Source of the DNA: the human T2T-CHM13v2.0 reference genome, Homo sapiens
Strand: one strand, 5' to 3'
Assembly (NCBI RefSeq): GCF_009914755.1
Contig: NC_060933.1
DNA: 64,000 nucleotides
Part shown: one piece after another, positions 52,423 to 64,000 of the stretch
How the letters are laid out: the number at the start of each line of letters is the position of its first letter
Position numbering within the stretch: position 1 is the first letter of the stretch
Made by a program: the position numbers and the translations under genes
Notes under the pieces: model-generated
What the model was told of the DNA's origin: nothing
The model's database searches: none
Seen by the model: the letters and a program-made list of their open reading frames with translations, nothing else

Positions 52423-54294
52423 CATTCTCAGAAACTTGTTTGTGATGTGTGTATTCAACTAACAGAGATGAACCTTTCTTTTTACAGAGCAGTTTTGAAA
52501 CACTCTTTTTGTGGAATCTGAAAGTGGATATTTGGATAGCTTTGAGGATTTCGTTGGAAACGGGATTACATATAAAACCTAGAGAGAAGAATTCTCAGGA
52601 ACTTCTTTGTGATGTTTGCATTCAAGTCACAGAACTGAACATTCCCTTTCATAGAGCAGGTTTGAAACACTCTTTCTGTAGTATCTGCAAGCTGACGTTT
52701 CAAGCGCTTTCAGGCCTATGGTGAGAAAGGAAATATCTTCAAGTAAAAACTAGACAGAAGCATTCTCAGAAACTTATTTGCCATGTGTGTTCTCAACTAA
52801 CAGAGTTGAACCTTTGTTTTGATACGGCATTTTGGAAACACTCTTTTTGTAGAATCTGCAGGTGGATATTCGGATAGCTTTGAAGGTTTCGTTGGAAACG
52901 GGAATATCTTCATATAAAATCTAGACGGAAGCATTCTCAGAAACTGCTTTGTGATGTTTTCATTCAAGTCACAGAGTAGAATGTTCCCTGTTATATACCA
53001 GGTTTGAGACACTCTTTCTGCACTACCTGGAAGTGGACATTTGCAGCGCTTTGAGGCCTATGATGAAAAAGGAAATATCTTCCCATAAAAACTAGACAGA
53101 AGCATTCTCAGAAACTTGTTTGTGATGTGTGTATTCAACTAACAGAGATGAACCTTTCTTTTTACAGAGCAGTTTTGAATCACTCTTTTTGTGGAATCTG
53201 AAAGTGGATATTTGGATAGCTTTGAGGATTTCGTTGGAAACGGGATTACATATAAAATCTAGAGAGAAGCATTCTCAGGAACTTCTTTGTGATGTTTGCA
53301 TTCACGTCACAGAACTGAACATTCCCTTTCATAGAGCATGTTTGAAACACTCTTTCTGTAGTATCTGCAAACGGACATTTCAAACGCTTTCAGGCCTATG
53401 GTGAGAAAGGAAATATCTTCAAATAAAAACTAGACAGAAGCATTCTCAGAAACTTATTTGCGATGTGTGTCCTCAACTAACAGAGTTGAACCTTTCTTTT
53501 GATACAACATTTTGGAAACACTCTTTTTGTAGAATCTGCAAGTGGATATTTGAATAGCTTTGAAGGTTTCGTTGGAAACGGGAATATCTTCATATAAAAT
53601 CAAGACAGAAGCATTCTCAGAAACTTCTCTGTGATGTTTGCATTCAACTCATAGAGTTGAACACTTCCCTTCATACAGCAGGTTTGAAACACTCTTTTTC
53701 TAATATTTGGAAGTGGACATTTGCAGCGCTTTGAGGCCTATGATGAAAAAGGAAATATCTTCTCCTAAAAACCAGACAGAAGCATTCTCAGAAACTTCCT
53801 TGTGATGTGTGTACTCAAGTAACAGAGTTGAACCTTCCTTTTGACAGAGCAGTTTTGAAGCACTCTTTTTGTAGAATCTGCAAGTGGATATTTTGATACC
53901 TTTGAGGATTTCGTTGGACACGGGATATCTTCATATAAAATCTAGACAGAAGCATTCTCAGAAACTTCTTTGTGCTGTATGTCCTCAATTAACAGAGTTG
54001 AACCTTTGTGTGGATACAGCATTTTGGAAACATTCCTTTAGTAGAATCTGCAAGTTGATATTTAGATAGCTAGGAAGATTTCCTTGGAAACGGGAATATC
54101 TTCATATAAAATCTAGACGGAATCATTCTCAGAAAGTGCTTTGTGATGTTTGCATTCAAGTCACAGAGTTGAATATTCCCTTTTATAGAGCAGGTTTGAA
54201 ACACTCTTTCTGCACTACCTGGAAGTGGACATTTGGAGCGCTTTGAGGCCTATGTTGAAAAAGGAAATATCTTCCCATAAAAACTAGACAGAAG
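52423..54294 (+). repeat. 11-mer HOR variant (A'-B-T; lacks C)
   Basis: m1 ORFs at 52449 and 53129, trimer ORF at 53884; the next unit is at 54321. Confidence 0.9.
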
Positions 54295-57200
54295 CATTCT
54301 CAGAAACTTGTTTGTGATGTGTGTATTCAACTAACAGAGATGAACCTTTCTTTTTACAGAGCAGTTTTGAAACACTCTTTTTCTGGAATCTGAAAGTGGA
54401 TATTTGGATAGCTTTGAGGATTTCGTTGGAAACGGGATTACATATAAAACCTAGAGAGAAGCATTCTCAGGAACTTCTTTGTGATATTTGCATTCAAGTC
54501 ACAGAACTGAACATTCCCTTTCATAGAGCAGGTTTGAAACACTCTTTCTGTAGTATCTGCAAGCTGACGTTTCAAGCGCTTTCAGGCCTATGGTGAGAAA
54601 GGAAATATCTTCAAGTAAAAACTAGACAGAAGCATTCTCAGAAACTTATTTGCCATGTGTGTTCTCAACTGACAGAGTTGAACCTTTGTTTTGATACGGC
54701 ATTTTGGAAACACTCTTTTTGTAGAATCTGCAGGTGTATATTCGGATAGCTTTGAAGGTTTCGTTGGAAACGGGAATATCTTCATATAAAATCTAGACGG
54801 AAGCATTCTCAGAAACTGCTTTGTGATGTTTTCATTCAAGTCACAGAGTAGAATGTTCCCTGTTATATACCAGGTTTGAGACACTCTTTCTGCACTACCT
54901 GGAAGTGGACGTTTGGAGAGCTTTGAGGCCTATGTTGAAAAAGGAAATATCTTCCCATAAAAACTAGACAGAAGCATTCTCAGAAACTTGTTTGTGATGT
55001 GTGTATTCAACTAACAGAGATGAACCTTTCTTTTTACAGAGCAGTTTTGAAGCACTCTTTTTGTGGAATCTGAAAGTGGATATTTGGATAGCTTTGAGGA
55101 TTTCGTTGGAAACGGGATTACATATAAAACCTAGAGAGAAGCATTCTCAGGAACTTCTTTGTGATGTTTGCATTCAAGTCACAGAACTGAACATTCCCTT
55201 TCATAGAGCAGGTTTGAAACACTCTTTCTGTAGTATCTGCAAGCTGACGTTTCAAGCGCTTTCAGGCCTATGGTGAGAAAGGAAATATCTTCAAGTAAAA
55301 ACTAGACAGAAGCATTCTCAGAAACTTATTTGCTATGTGTGTTCTCAACTAACAGGGTTGAACCTTTGTTTTGATATGGCATTTTGGAAACACTCTTTTT
55401 GTAGAATCTGCAGGTGGATATTCGGATAGCTTTGAAGGTTTCGTTGGAAACGGGAATATCTTCATATAAAATCTAGACGGAAGCATTCTCAGAAACTGCT
55501 TTGTGATGTTTTCATTCAAGTCACAGAGTAGAATGTTCCCTGTTATATACCAGGTTTGAGACACTCTTTCTGCACTACCTGGAAGTGGAGATTTTCAGCG
55601 CTTTGAGGCCTATGATGAAAAAGGAAATATCTTCCCATAAAAACTAGACAGAAGCATTCTCAGAAACTTGTTTGTGATGTGTGTATTCAACTAACAGAGA
55701 TGAACCTTTCTTTTTACAGAGCAGTTTTGAAACACTCTTTTTGTGGAATCTGAAAGTGGATATTTGGATAGCTTTGAGGATTTCGTTGGAAACGGGATTA
55801 CATATAAAATCTAGAGAGAAGCATTCTCAGGAACTTCTTTGTGATGTTTGCATTCACGTCACAGAACTGAACATTCCCTTTCATAGAGCATGTTTGAAAC
55901 ACTCTTTCTGTAGTATCTGCAAACGGACATTTCAAACGCTTTCAGGCCTATGGTGAGAAAGGAAATATCTTCAAATAAAAACTAGACAGAAGCATTCTCA
56001 GAAACTTATTTGCGATGTGTGTCCTCAACTAACAGAGTTGAACCTTTCTTTTGATACAACATTTTGGAAACACTCTTTTTGTAGAATCTGCAAGTGGATA
56101 TTTGAATAGCTTTGAAGGTTTCGTTGGAAACGGGAATATCTTCATATAAAATCAAGACAGAAGCATTCTCAGAAACTTCTCTGTGATGTTTGCATTCAAC
56201 TCATAGAGTTGAACACTTCCCTTCATACAGCAGGTTTGAAACACTCTTTTTGTAATATTTGGAAGTGGACATTTGCAGCGCTTTGAGGCCTATGATGAAA
56301 AAGGTAATATCTTCCCATAAAAACTAGACAGAAGCATTCTCAGAAACTTGTTTGTGATGTGTGTATTCAACTAAGAGAGATGAACCTTTCTTTTTACAGA
56401 GCAGTTTTGAAACACTCTTTTTGTGGAATCTGAAAGTGGATATTTGGATAGCTTTGCGGATTTCGTTGGAAACGGGATTACATATAAAATCTAGGGAGAA
56501 GCATTCTCAGGAACTTCTTTGTGATGTTTGCATTCAAGTCACAGAACTGAACATTCCCTTTCATAGATCAGGTTTGAAACACTCTTTCTGTAGTATCTGC
56601 AAGCGGACGTTTTAAGCGCTTTCAGGCCTGTGGTGAGAAAGGAAATATCTTCAAATAAAAACTAGACAGAAGCATTCTCAGAAACTTATTTGCGATGTGT
56701 GTCCTCAACTAACAGAGTTGAACCTTTCTTTTGATACAACATTTTGGAAACACTCTTTTTGTAGAATCTGCAAGTGGATATTTGGATAGCTTTGAAGGTT
56801 TCGTTGGAAACGGGAATATCTTCATATGAAATCAAGACAGAAGCATTCTCAGAAACTTCTCTGTGATGTTTGCATTCAACTCATAGAGTTGAACACTTCC
56901 CTTCATTCAGCAGGTTTGAAACACTCTTTTTCTAATATTTGGAAGTGGACATTTGCAGCGCTTTGAGGCCTATGTTGAAAAAGGAAATATCTTCTCCTAA
57001 AAACCAGACAGAAGCATTCTCAGAAACTTCCTTGTGATGTGTGTACTCAAGTAACAGAGTTGAACCTTCCTTTTGACAGAGCAGTTTTGAAGCACTCTTT
57101 TTGTAGAATCTGCAAGTGGATATTTTGATACCTTTGAGGATTTCGTTGGACACGGGATATCTTCATATAAAATCTAGACAGAAGCATTCTCAGAAATTTC

Positions 57201-57526
57201 TTTGTGCTGTATGTCCTCAATTAACAGAGTTGAACCATTGTGTGGATACAGCATTTTGGAAACATTCCTTTAGTAGTATCTGCAAGTTGATATTTAGATA
57301 GCTAGGAAGATTTCCTTGGAAACGAGAATATCTTCATATAAAATCTAGACGGAAGCATTCTCAGAAAGTGCTTTGTGATGTTTGCATTCAAGTCACAGAG
57401 TTGAATATTCCCTTTTATAGAGTAGGTTTGAAACACTCTTTCTGCACTACCTGGAAATGGACATTTGGAGCGCTTTGAGGCCTATGTTGAAAAAGGAAAT
57501 ATCTTCCCATAAAAACTAGACAGAAG
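54295..57526 (+). repeat. 19-mer HOR variant (A'-A'-B-C-T)
   Basis: m1 ORFs at 54321, 55001, 55681 and 56361; the next unit is at 57553. The two A-type tetramers each end in the ACTGCTTTGTGATGTTTTC monomer. Confidence 0.9.
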
Positions 57527-60500
57527 CATTCTCAGAAACTTGTTTGTGATGTGTGTATTCAACTAACAGAGATGAACCTTTCTTTTTACAGAGCAGTTTT
57601 GAAACACTCTTTTTGTGGAATCTGAAAGTGGATATTTGGATAGCTTTGAGGATTTCGTTGGAAACGGGATTACATATAAAACCTAGAGAGAAGCATTCTC
57701 AGGAACTTCTTTGTGATGTTTGCCTTCAAGTCACAGGACTGAACATTCCCTTTCATAGAGCAGGTTTGAAACACTCTTTCTGTAGTATCTGCAAGCTGAC
57801 GTTTCATGCGCTTTCAGGCCTATGGTGAGAAAGGAAATATCTTCAAGTAAAAACTAGACAGAAGCATTGTCAGAAACTTATTTGCCATGTGTGTTCTCAA
57901 CTAACAGAGTTGAACCTTTGTTTTGATACGGCATTTTGGAAACACTCTTTTTGTAGAATCTGCAGGTGGATATTCGGATAGCTTTGAAGGTTTCGTTGGA
58001 AACGGGAATATCTTCATATAAAATCTAGACGGAAGCATTCTCAGAAACTGCTTTGTGATGTTTTCATTCAAGTCACAGTGTAGAATGTTCCCTGTTATAT
58101 ACCAGGTTTGAGACACTCTTTCTGCACTACCTGGAAGTGGACGTTTGGAGCGCTTTGAGGCCTATGTTGAAAAAGGAAATATCTTCCCATAAAAACTAGA
58201 CAGAAGCATTCTCAGAAACTTGTTTCTGATGTGTGTATTCAACTAACAGAGATGAACCTTTCTTTTTACAGAGTAGTTTTGAAACACTCTTTTTGTGGAA
58301 TCTGAAAGTGGATATTTGGATAGCTTTGCGGATTTCGTTGGAAACGGGATTACATATAAAATCTAGGGAGAAGCATTCTCAGGAACTTCTTTGTGATGTT
58401 TGCATTCAAGTCACAGAACTGAACATTCCCTTTCATAGAGCAGGTTTGAAACACTCTTTCTGTAGTATCTGCAAGTGGACGTTTCAAGCGCTTTCAGGCC
58501 TGTGGTGAAAAAGGAAATATCTTCAAATAAAAACTAGACAGAAGCATTCTCAGAAACTTATTTGCGATGTGTGTTCTCAGCTAACAGAGTTGAACCTTTG
58601 TTTTGATACAGCATTTTGGAAACACTCTTTTTGTAGGATCTGCAGGTGGATATTTGGATAGCTTTGAAGGTTTCTTTGGAAACGGGAATATCTTCATATA
58701 AAATCAAGACAGAAGCATTCTCAGAAACTTCTCTGTTCTGTTTGCATTCAACTCATAGAGTTGAACACTTCCTTTCATAGAGCTGGTTTGAAATACTCTT
58801 TTTGTAATATTTGGAAGTGGACATTGGCAGCGCTTTGAAGCTTATGGTGAAAAAGGAGATATCTTCTCCTAAAAACCAGACAGAAGCATTCTCAGAATCT
58901 TTCTTGTGATGTGTGTACTCAAGTAACAGAGTTGAACCTTCATTTTGACAGAGCAGTTTTGAAGCACTCTTTTTGTAGAATCTGCAAGTGGATATTTTGA
59001 TACCTTTGAGGATTTCGTTAGACACGGGATATCTTCATATAAAATCTAGACAGAAGCATTCTCAGAAACTTCTTTGTGCTGTATGTCCTCAATTAACAGA
59101 GTTGAACCTTTGTGTGGATACAGCATTTTGGAAACATTCCTTTAGTAGAATCTGCAAGTTGATATTTAGATAGCTAGGAAGATTTCCTTGGAAACGGGAA
59201 TATCTTCATATAAAATCTAGACGGAAGCATTCTCAGAAAGTGCTTTGTGATGTTTGCATTCAAGTCACAGAGTTGAATATTCCCTTTTATAGAGCAGGTT
59301 TGAAACACTCTTTCTGCACTACCTGGAAGTGGACATTTGGAGCGCTTTGAGGCCTATGTTGAAAAAGGAAATATCTTCCCATAAAAACTAGACAGAAGCA
59401 TTCTCAGAAACTTGTTTGTGATGTGTGTATTCAACTAACAGAGATGAACCTTTCTTTTTACAGAGCAGTTTTGAAACACTCTTTTTGTGGAATCTGAAAG
59501 TGGATATTTGGATAGCTTTGAGGATTTCGTTGGAAACGGGATTACATATAAAACCTAGAGAGAAGCATTCTCAGGAACTTCTTTGTGATGTTTGCATTCA
59601 AGTCACAGAACTGAACATTCCCTTTCATAGAGCAGGTTTGAAACACTCTTTCTGTAGTATCTGCAAGCTGACGTTTCATGCGCTTTCAGGCCTATGGTGA
59701 GAAAGGAAATATCTTCAAGTAAAAACTAGACAGAAGCATTCTCAGAAACTTATTTGCCATGTGTGTTCTCAACTAACAGAGTTGAACCTTTGTTTTGATA
59801 CGGCATTTTGGAAACACTCTTTTTGTAGAATCTGCAGGTGGATATTCGGATAGCTTTGAAGGTTTCGTTGGAAACGGGAATATCTTCATATAAAATCTAG
59901 ACGGAAGCATTCTCAGAAACTGCTTTGTGATGTTTTCATTCAAGTCACAGAGTAGAATGTTCCCTGTTATATACCAGGTTTGAGACACTCTTTCTGCACT
60001 ACCTGGAAGTGGACGTTTGGAGCGCTTTGAGGCCTATGTTGAAAAAGGAAATATCTTCCCATAAAAACTAGACAGAAGCATTCTCAGAAACTTGTTTCTG
60101 ATGTGTGTATTCAACTAACAGAGATGAACCTTTCTTTTTACAGAGTAGTTTTGAAACACTCTTTTTGTGGAATCTGAAAGTGGATATTTGGATAGCTTTG
60201 CGGATTTCGTTGGAAACGGGATTACATATAAAATCTAGGGAGAAGCATTCTCAGGAACTTCTTTGTGATGTTTGCATTCAAGTCACAGAACTGAACATTC
60301 CCTTTCATAGAGCAGGTTTGAAACACTCTTTCTGTAGTATCTGCAAGTGGACGTTTCAAGCGCTTTCAGGCCTGTGGTGAAAAAGGAAATATCTTCAAAT
60401 AAAAACTAGACAGAAGCATTCTCAGAAACTTATTTGCGATGTGTGTTCTCAGCTAACAGAGTTGAACCTTTGTTTTGATACAGCATTTTGGAAACACTCT

Positions 60501-61270
60501 TTTTGTAGGATCTGCAGGTGGATGTTTGGATAGCTTTGAAGGTTTCTTTGGAAACGGGAATATCTTCATATAAAATCAAGACAGAAGCATTCTCAGAAAC
60601 TTTTCTGTTCTGTTTGCATTCAACTCATAGAGTTGAACACTTCCTTTCATAGAGCTGGTTTGAAATACTCTTTTTGTAATATTTGGAAGTGGACATTGGC
60701 AGCGGTTTGAAGCCTATGGTGAAAAAGGAGATATCTTCTCCTAAAAACCAGACAGAAGCATTCTCAGAATCTTTCTTGTGATGTGTGTACTCAAGTAACA
60801 GAGTTGAACCTTCATTTTGACAGAGCAGTTTTGAAGCACTCTTTTTGTAGAATCTGCAAGTGGATATTTTGATACCTTTGAGGATTTCGTTAGACACGGG
60901 ATATCTTCATATAAAATCTAGACAGAAGCATTCTCAGAAACTTCTTTGTGCTGTATGTCCTCAATTAACAGAGTTGAACCTTTGTGTGGATACAGCATTT
61001 TGGAAACATTCCTTTAGTAGAATCTGCAAGTTGATATTTAGATAGCTAGGAAGATTTCCTTGGAAACGGGAATATCTTCATATAAAATCTAGACGGAAGC
61101 ATTCTCAGAAAGTGCTTTGTGATGTTTGCATTCAAGTCACAGAGTTGAATATTCCCTTTTATAGAGCAGGTTTGAAACACTCTTTCTGCACTATCTGGAA
61201 GTGGACATTTGGAGCGCTTTGAGGCCTATGTTGAAAAAGGAAGTATCTTCCCATAAAAACTAGACAGAAG
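57527..61270 (+). repeat. Two tandem divergent 11-mer HORs (A-D-T)
   Basis: 1872-bp period (57553, 59425, 61297). The D tetramer and adjacent m5 carry many shared variants absent upstream. Confidence 0.92.
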
Positions 61271-62462
61271 CATTCTCAGAAACTTGTTTGTGATGTGTGT
61301 ATTCAACTAACAGAGATGAACCTTTCTTTTTACAGAGCAGTTTTGAAACACTCTTTTTGTGGAATCTGAAAGTGGATATTTGGATAGCTTTGAGGATTTC
61401 GTTGGAAACGGGATTACATAAAAAACCTAGAGAGAAGCATTCTCAGGAACTTCTTTGTGATGTTTGCATTCAAGTCACAGAACTGAACATTCCCTTTCAT
61501 AGAGCAGGTTTGAAACACTCTTTCTGTAGTATCTGCAAGCTGACGTTTCAAGCGCTTTCAGGCCTATGGTGAGAAAGGAAATATCTTCAAGTAAAAACTA
61601 GACAGAAGCATTCTCAGAAACTTATTTGCCATGTGTGTCCTCAACTAACAGAGTTGAACCTTTCTTTTGATACGGCATTTTGGAAACACTCTTTTTGTAG
61701 AATCTGCAGGTGGATATTCGGATAGCTTTGAAGGTTTCGTTGGAAACGGGAATATCTTCATATGAAATCAAGACAGAAGCATTCTCAGAAACTTCTCTGT
61801 GATGTTTGCATTCAACTCATAGAGTTGAACACTTCCCTTCATACAGCAGGTTTGAAACACTCTTTTTCTAATATTTGGAAGTGGACATTTGCAGCGCTTT
61901 GAGGCCTATGTTGAAAAAGGAAATATCTTCTCCTAAAAACCAGACAGAAGCATTCTCAGAAACTTCCTTGTGATGTGTGTACTCAAGTAACAGAGTTGAA
62001 CCTTCCTTTTGACAGAGCAGTTTTGAAGCACTCTTTTTGTAGAATCTGCAAGTGGATATTTTGATACCTTTGAGGATTTCGTTGGACACGGGATATCTTC
62101 ATATAAAATCTAGACAGAAGCATTCTCAGAAACTTCTTTGTGCTGTATGTCCTCAATTAACAGAGTTGAACCTTTGTGTGGATACAGCATTTTGGAAACA
62201 TTCCTTTAGTAGAATCTGCAAGTTGATATTTAGATAGCTAGGAAGATTTCCTTGGAAACGGGAATATCTTCATATAAAATCTAGACGGAAGCATTCTCAG
62301 AAAGTGCTTTGTGATGTTTGCATTCAAGTCACAGAGTTGAATATTCCCTTTTATAGAGCAGGTTTGAAACACTCTTTCTGCACTACCTGGAAGTGGACAT
62401 TTGGAGCGCTTTGAGGCCTATGTTGAAAAAGGAAATATCTTCCCATAAAAACTAGACAGAAG
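61271..62462 (+). repeat. 7-mer HOR variant (A'/C hybrid + T)
   Basis: Spacing 61297->62489 is 1192. The start is A-type and m4 is terminal-C type (CATATGAAATCAAG, TTTTCTAAT). Confidence 0.9.
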
Positions 62463-64000
62463 CATTCTCAGAAACTTGTTTGTGATGTGTGTATTCAACT
62501 AACAGAGATGAACCTTTCTTTTTACAGAGCAGTTTTGAAACACTCTTTTTGTGGAATCTGAAAGTGGATATTTGGATAGCTTTGAGGATTTCGGTGGAAA
62601 CGGGATTACATATAAAACCTAGAGAGAAGCATTCTCAGGAACTTCTTTGTGATGTTTGCCTTCAAGTCACAGGACTGAACATTCCCTTTCATAGAGCAGG
62701 TTTGAAACACTCTTTCTGTAGTATCTGCAAGCTGACGTTTCAAGCGCTTTCAGGCCTATGGTGAGAAAGGAAATATCTTCAAGTAAAAACTAGACAGAAG
62801 CATTCTCAGAAACTTATTTGCCATGTGTGTTCTCAACTAACAGAGTTGAACCTTTGTTTTGATACGGCATTTTGGAAACACTCTTTTTGTAGAATCTGCA
62901 GGTGGATATTCGGATAGCTTTGAAGGTTTCGTTGGAAACGGGAATATCTTCATATAAAATCTAGACGGAAGCATTCTCAGAAACTGCTTTGTGATGTTTT
63001 CATTCAAGTCACAGAGTAGAATGTTCCCTGTTATATACCAGGTTTGAGACACTCTTTCTGCACTACCTGGAAGTGGACGTTTGGAGCGCTTTGAGGCCTA
63101 TGTTGAAAAAGGAAATATCTTCCCATAAAAACTAGACAGAAGCATTCTCAGAAACTTGTTTGTGATGTGTGTATTCAACTAACAGAGATGAACCTTTCTT
63201 TTTACAGAGCAGTTTTGAAACACTCTTTTTGTGGAATCTGAAAGTGGATATTTGGATAGCTTTGCGGATTTCGTTGGAAACGGGATTACATATAAAATCT
63301 AGGGAGAAGCATTCTCAGGAACTTCTTTGTGATGTTTGCATTCAAGTCACAGAACTGAACATTCCCTTTCATAGAGCAGGTTTGAAACACTCTTTCTGTA
63401 GTATCTGCAAGTGGACGTTTCAAGCGCTTTCAGGCCTGTGGTGAAAAAGGAAATATCTTCAAATAAAAACTAGACAGAAGCATTCTCAGAAACTTATTTG
63501 CGATGTGTGTTCTCAGCTAACAGAGTTGAACCTTTGTTTTGATACAGCATTTTGGAAACACTCTTTTTGTAGGATCTGCAGGTGGATATTTGGATAGCTT
63601 TGAAGGTTTCTTTGGAAACGGGAATATCTTCATATAAAATCAAGACAGAAGCATTCTCAGAAACTTCTCTGTTCTGTTTGCATTCAACTCATAGAGTTGA
63701 ACACTTCCTTTCATAGAGCTGGTTTGAAATACTCTTTTTGTAATATTTGGAAGTGGACATTGGCAGCGCTTTGAAGCTTATGGTGAAAAAGGAGATATCT
63801 TCTCCTAAAAACCCGACAGAAGCATTCTCAGAATCTTTCTTGTGATGTGTGTACTCAAGTAACAGAGTTGAACCTTCATTTTGACAGAGCAGTTTTGAAG
63901 CACTCTTTTTGTAGAATCTGCAAGTGGATATTTTGATACCTTTGAGGATTTCGTTAGACACGGGATATCTTCATATAAAATCTAGACAGAAGCATTCTCA
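62463..64000 (+). repeat. Third divergent 11-mer HOR (A-D-T), truncated by the window end
   Basis: m1 ORFs at 62489 and 63169. D markers TAGGATCTGCAGG, TTTCTTTGG, GAAGCTTATGG and TTCGTTAGAC are present. Confidence 0.88.

Larger units (their letters stand above)
1..64000 (+). repeat. Centromeric alpha-satellite higher-order-repeat array, SF2-type (probably human D9Z4/S2C9H1L; D4Z1 alternative)
   Basis: Continuous ~171-bp monomers beginning CATTCTCAGAAACTT with alphoid consensus motifs (GTGATGTGTG, ACAGAGTTGAAC, TTTGAAACACTCTTTTTGTAGAATCTGCAAGTGGATATTTGG). CENP-B boxes fall in alternate monomers and HOR copies are near-identical. Alphoid identity is certain. The chromosome call is an inference from the 7-monomer base set with 4/7/11/15-mer variants (about 0.6). 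Confidence 0.99.

Noticed and set aside
217-63961. Recurrent 61-98 aa ORFs (MYSTNRDEPF..., MDILIPLR..., MSNEILKG..., MSQTWYIT...)
   Set aside because: These are chance stop-free frames in alpha-satellite, repeated with the HOR. Many begin at non-ATG codons (GTG at 217), they have no recognisable domain, and they gain or lose stops freely between copies. I used them only as positional markers.
1-64000. CRISPR-like or other repeat-spacer array (conserved AGACAGAAGCATTCTCAGAAAC every ~171 bp)
   Set aside because: The intervening sequences are homologous monomers rather than unique spacers, there are no cas genes, and the sequence is a eukaryotic satellite.
1-64000. Embedded L1/Alu/SVA insertion, inversion or foreign sequence
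   Set aside because: The exact 680/1192 spacing and same-strand monomers throughout leave no room for one. I saw no poly-A tails or target-site duplications.
1-64000. A previously undescribed gene-based biological system
   Set aside because: Nothing beyond satellite DNA is present, so claiming such a system would be unsupported.

Overview
The whole 64-kb window is primate, almost certainly human, centromeric alpha-satellite. It holds about 376 head-to-tail monomers of 167-171 bp, all in one orientation, with alternating CENP-B-box (B-type) and pJalpha-box (A-type) monomers as in suprachromosomal family 2. I see no genes, RNA genes, transposon insertions or inversions, and the ORF track is an artefact of the repeat. 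The array uses 7 basic monomer types (m1-m7) arranged as 680-bp tetramer cassettes (variants I label A, B, C, D) plus a 512-bp trimer T. Every higher-order repeat (HOR) is (tetramer)n+T. Between 191 and 62462 I count 18 15-mers (2552 bp), 4 11-mers (1872 bp), 2 19-mers (3232 bp) and 2 7-mers (1192 bp); these sum exactly to 62,272 bp, implying no net indels. The best guess is the live chromosome 9 array D9Z4/S2C9H1L, with the related chromosome 4 array D4Z1 as the alternative; this was not confirmed by alignment. Shared SNVs record nested multi-HOR duplications, a haplotype switch near 42.5 kb, clustered multinucleotide mutations, and a divergent, CENP-B-depleted 11-mer lineage at the right end. 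I found no novel gene system. The interest here is in array architecture and evolution.
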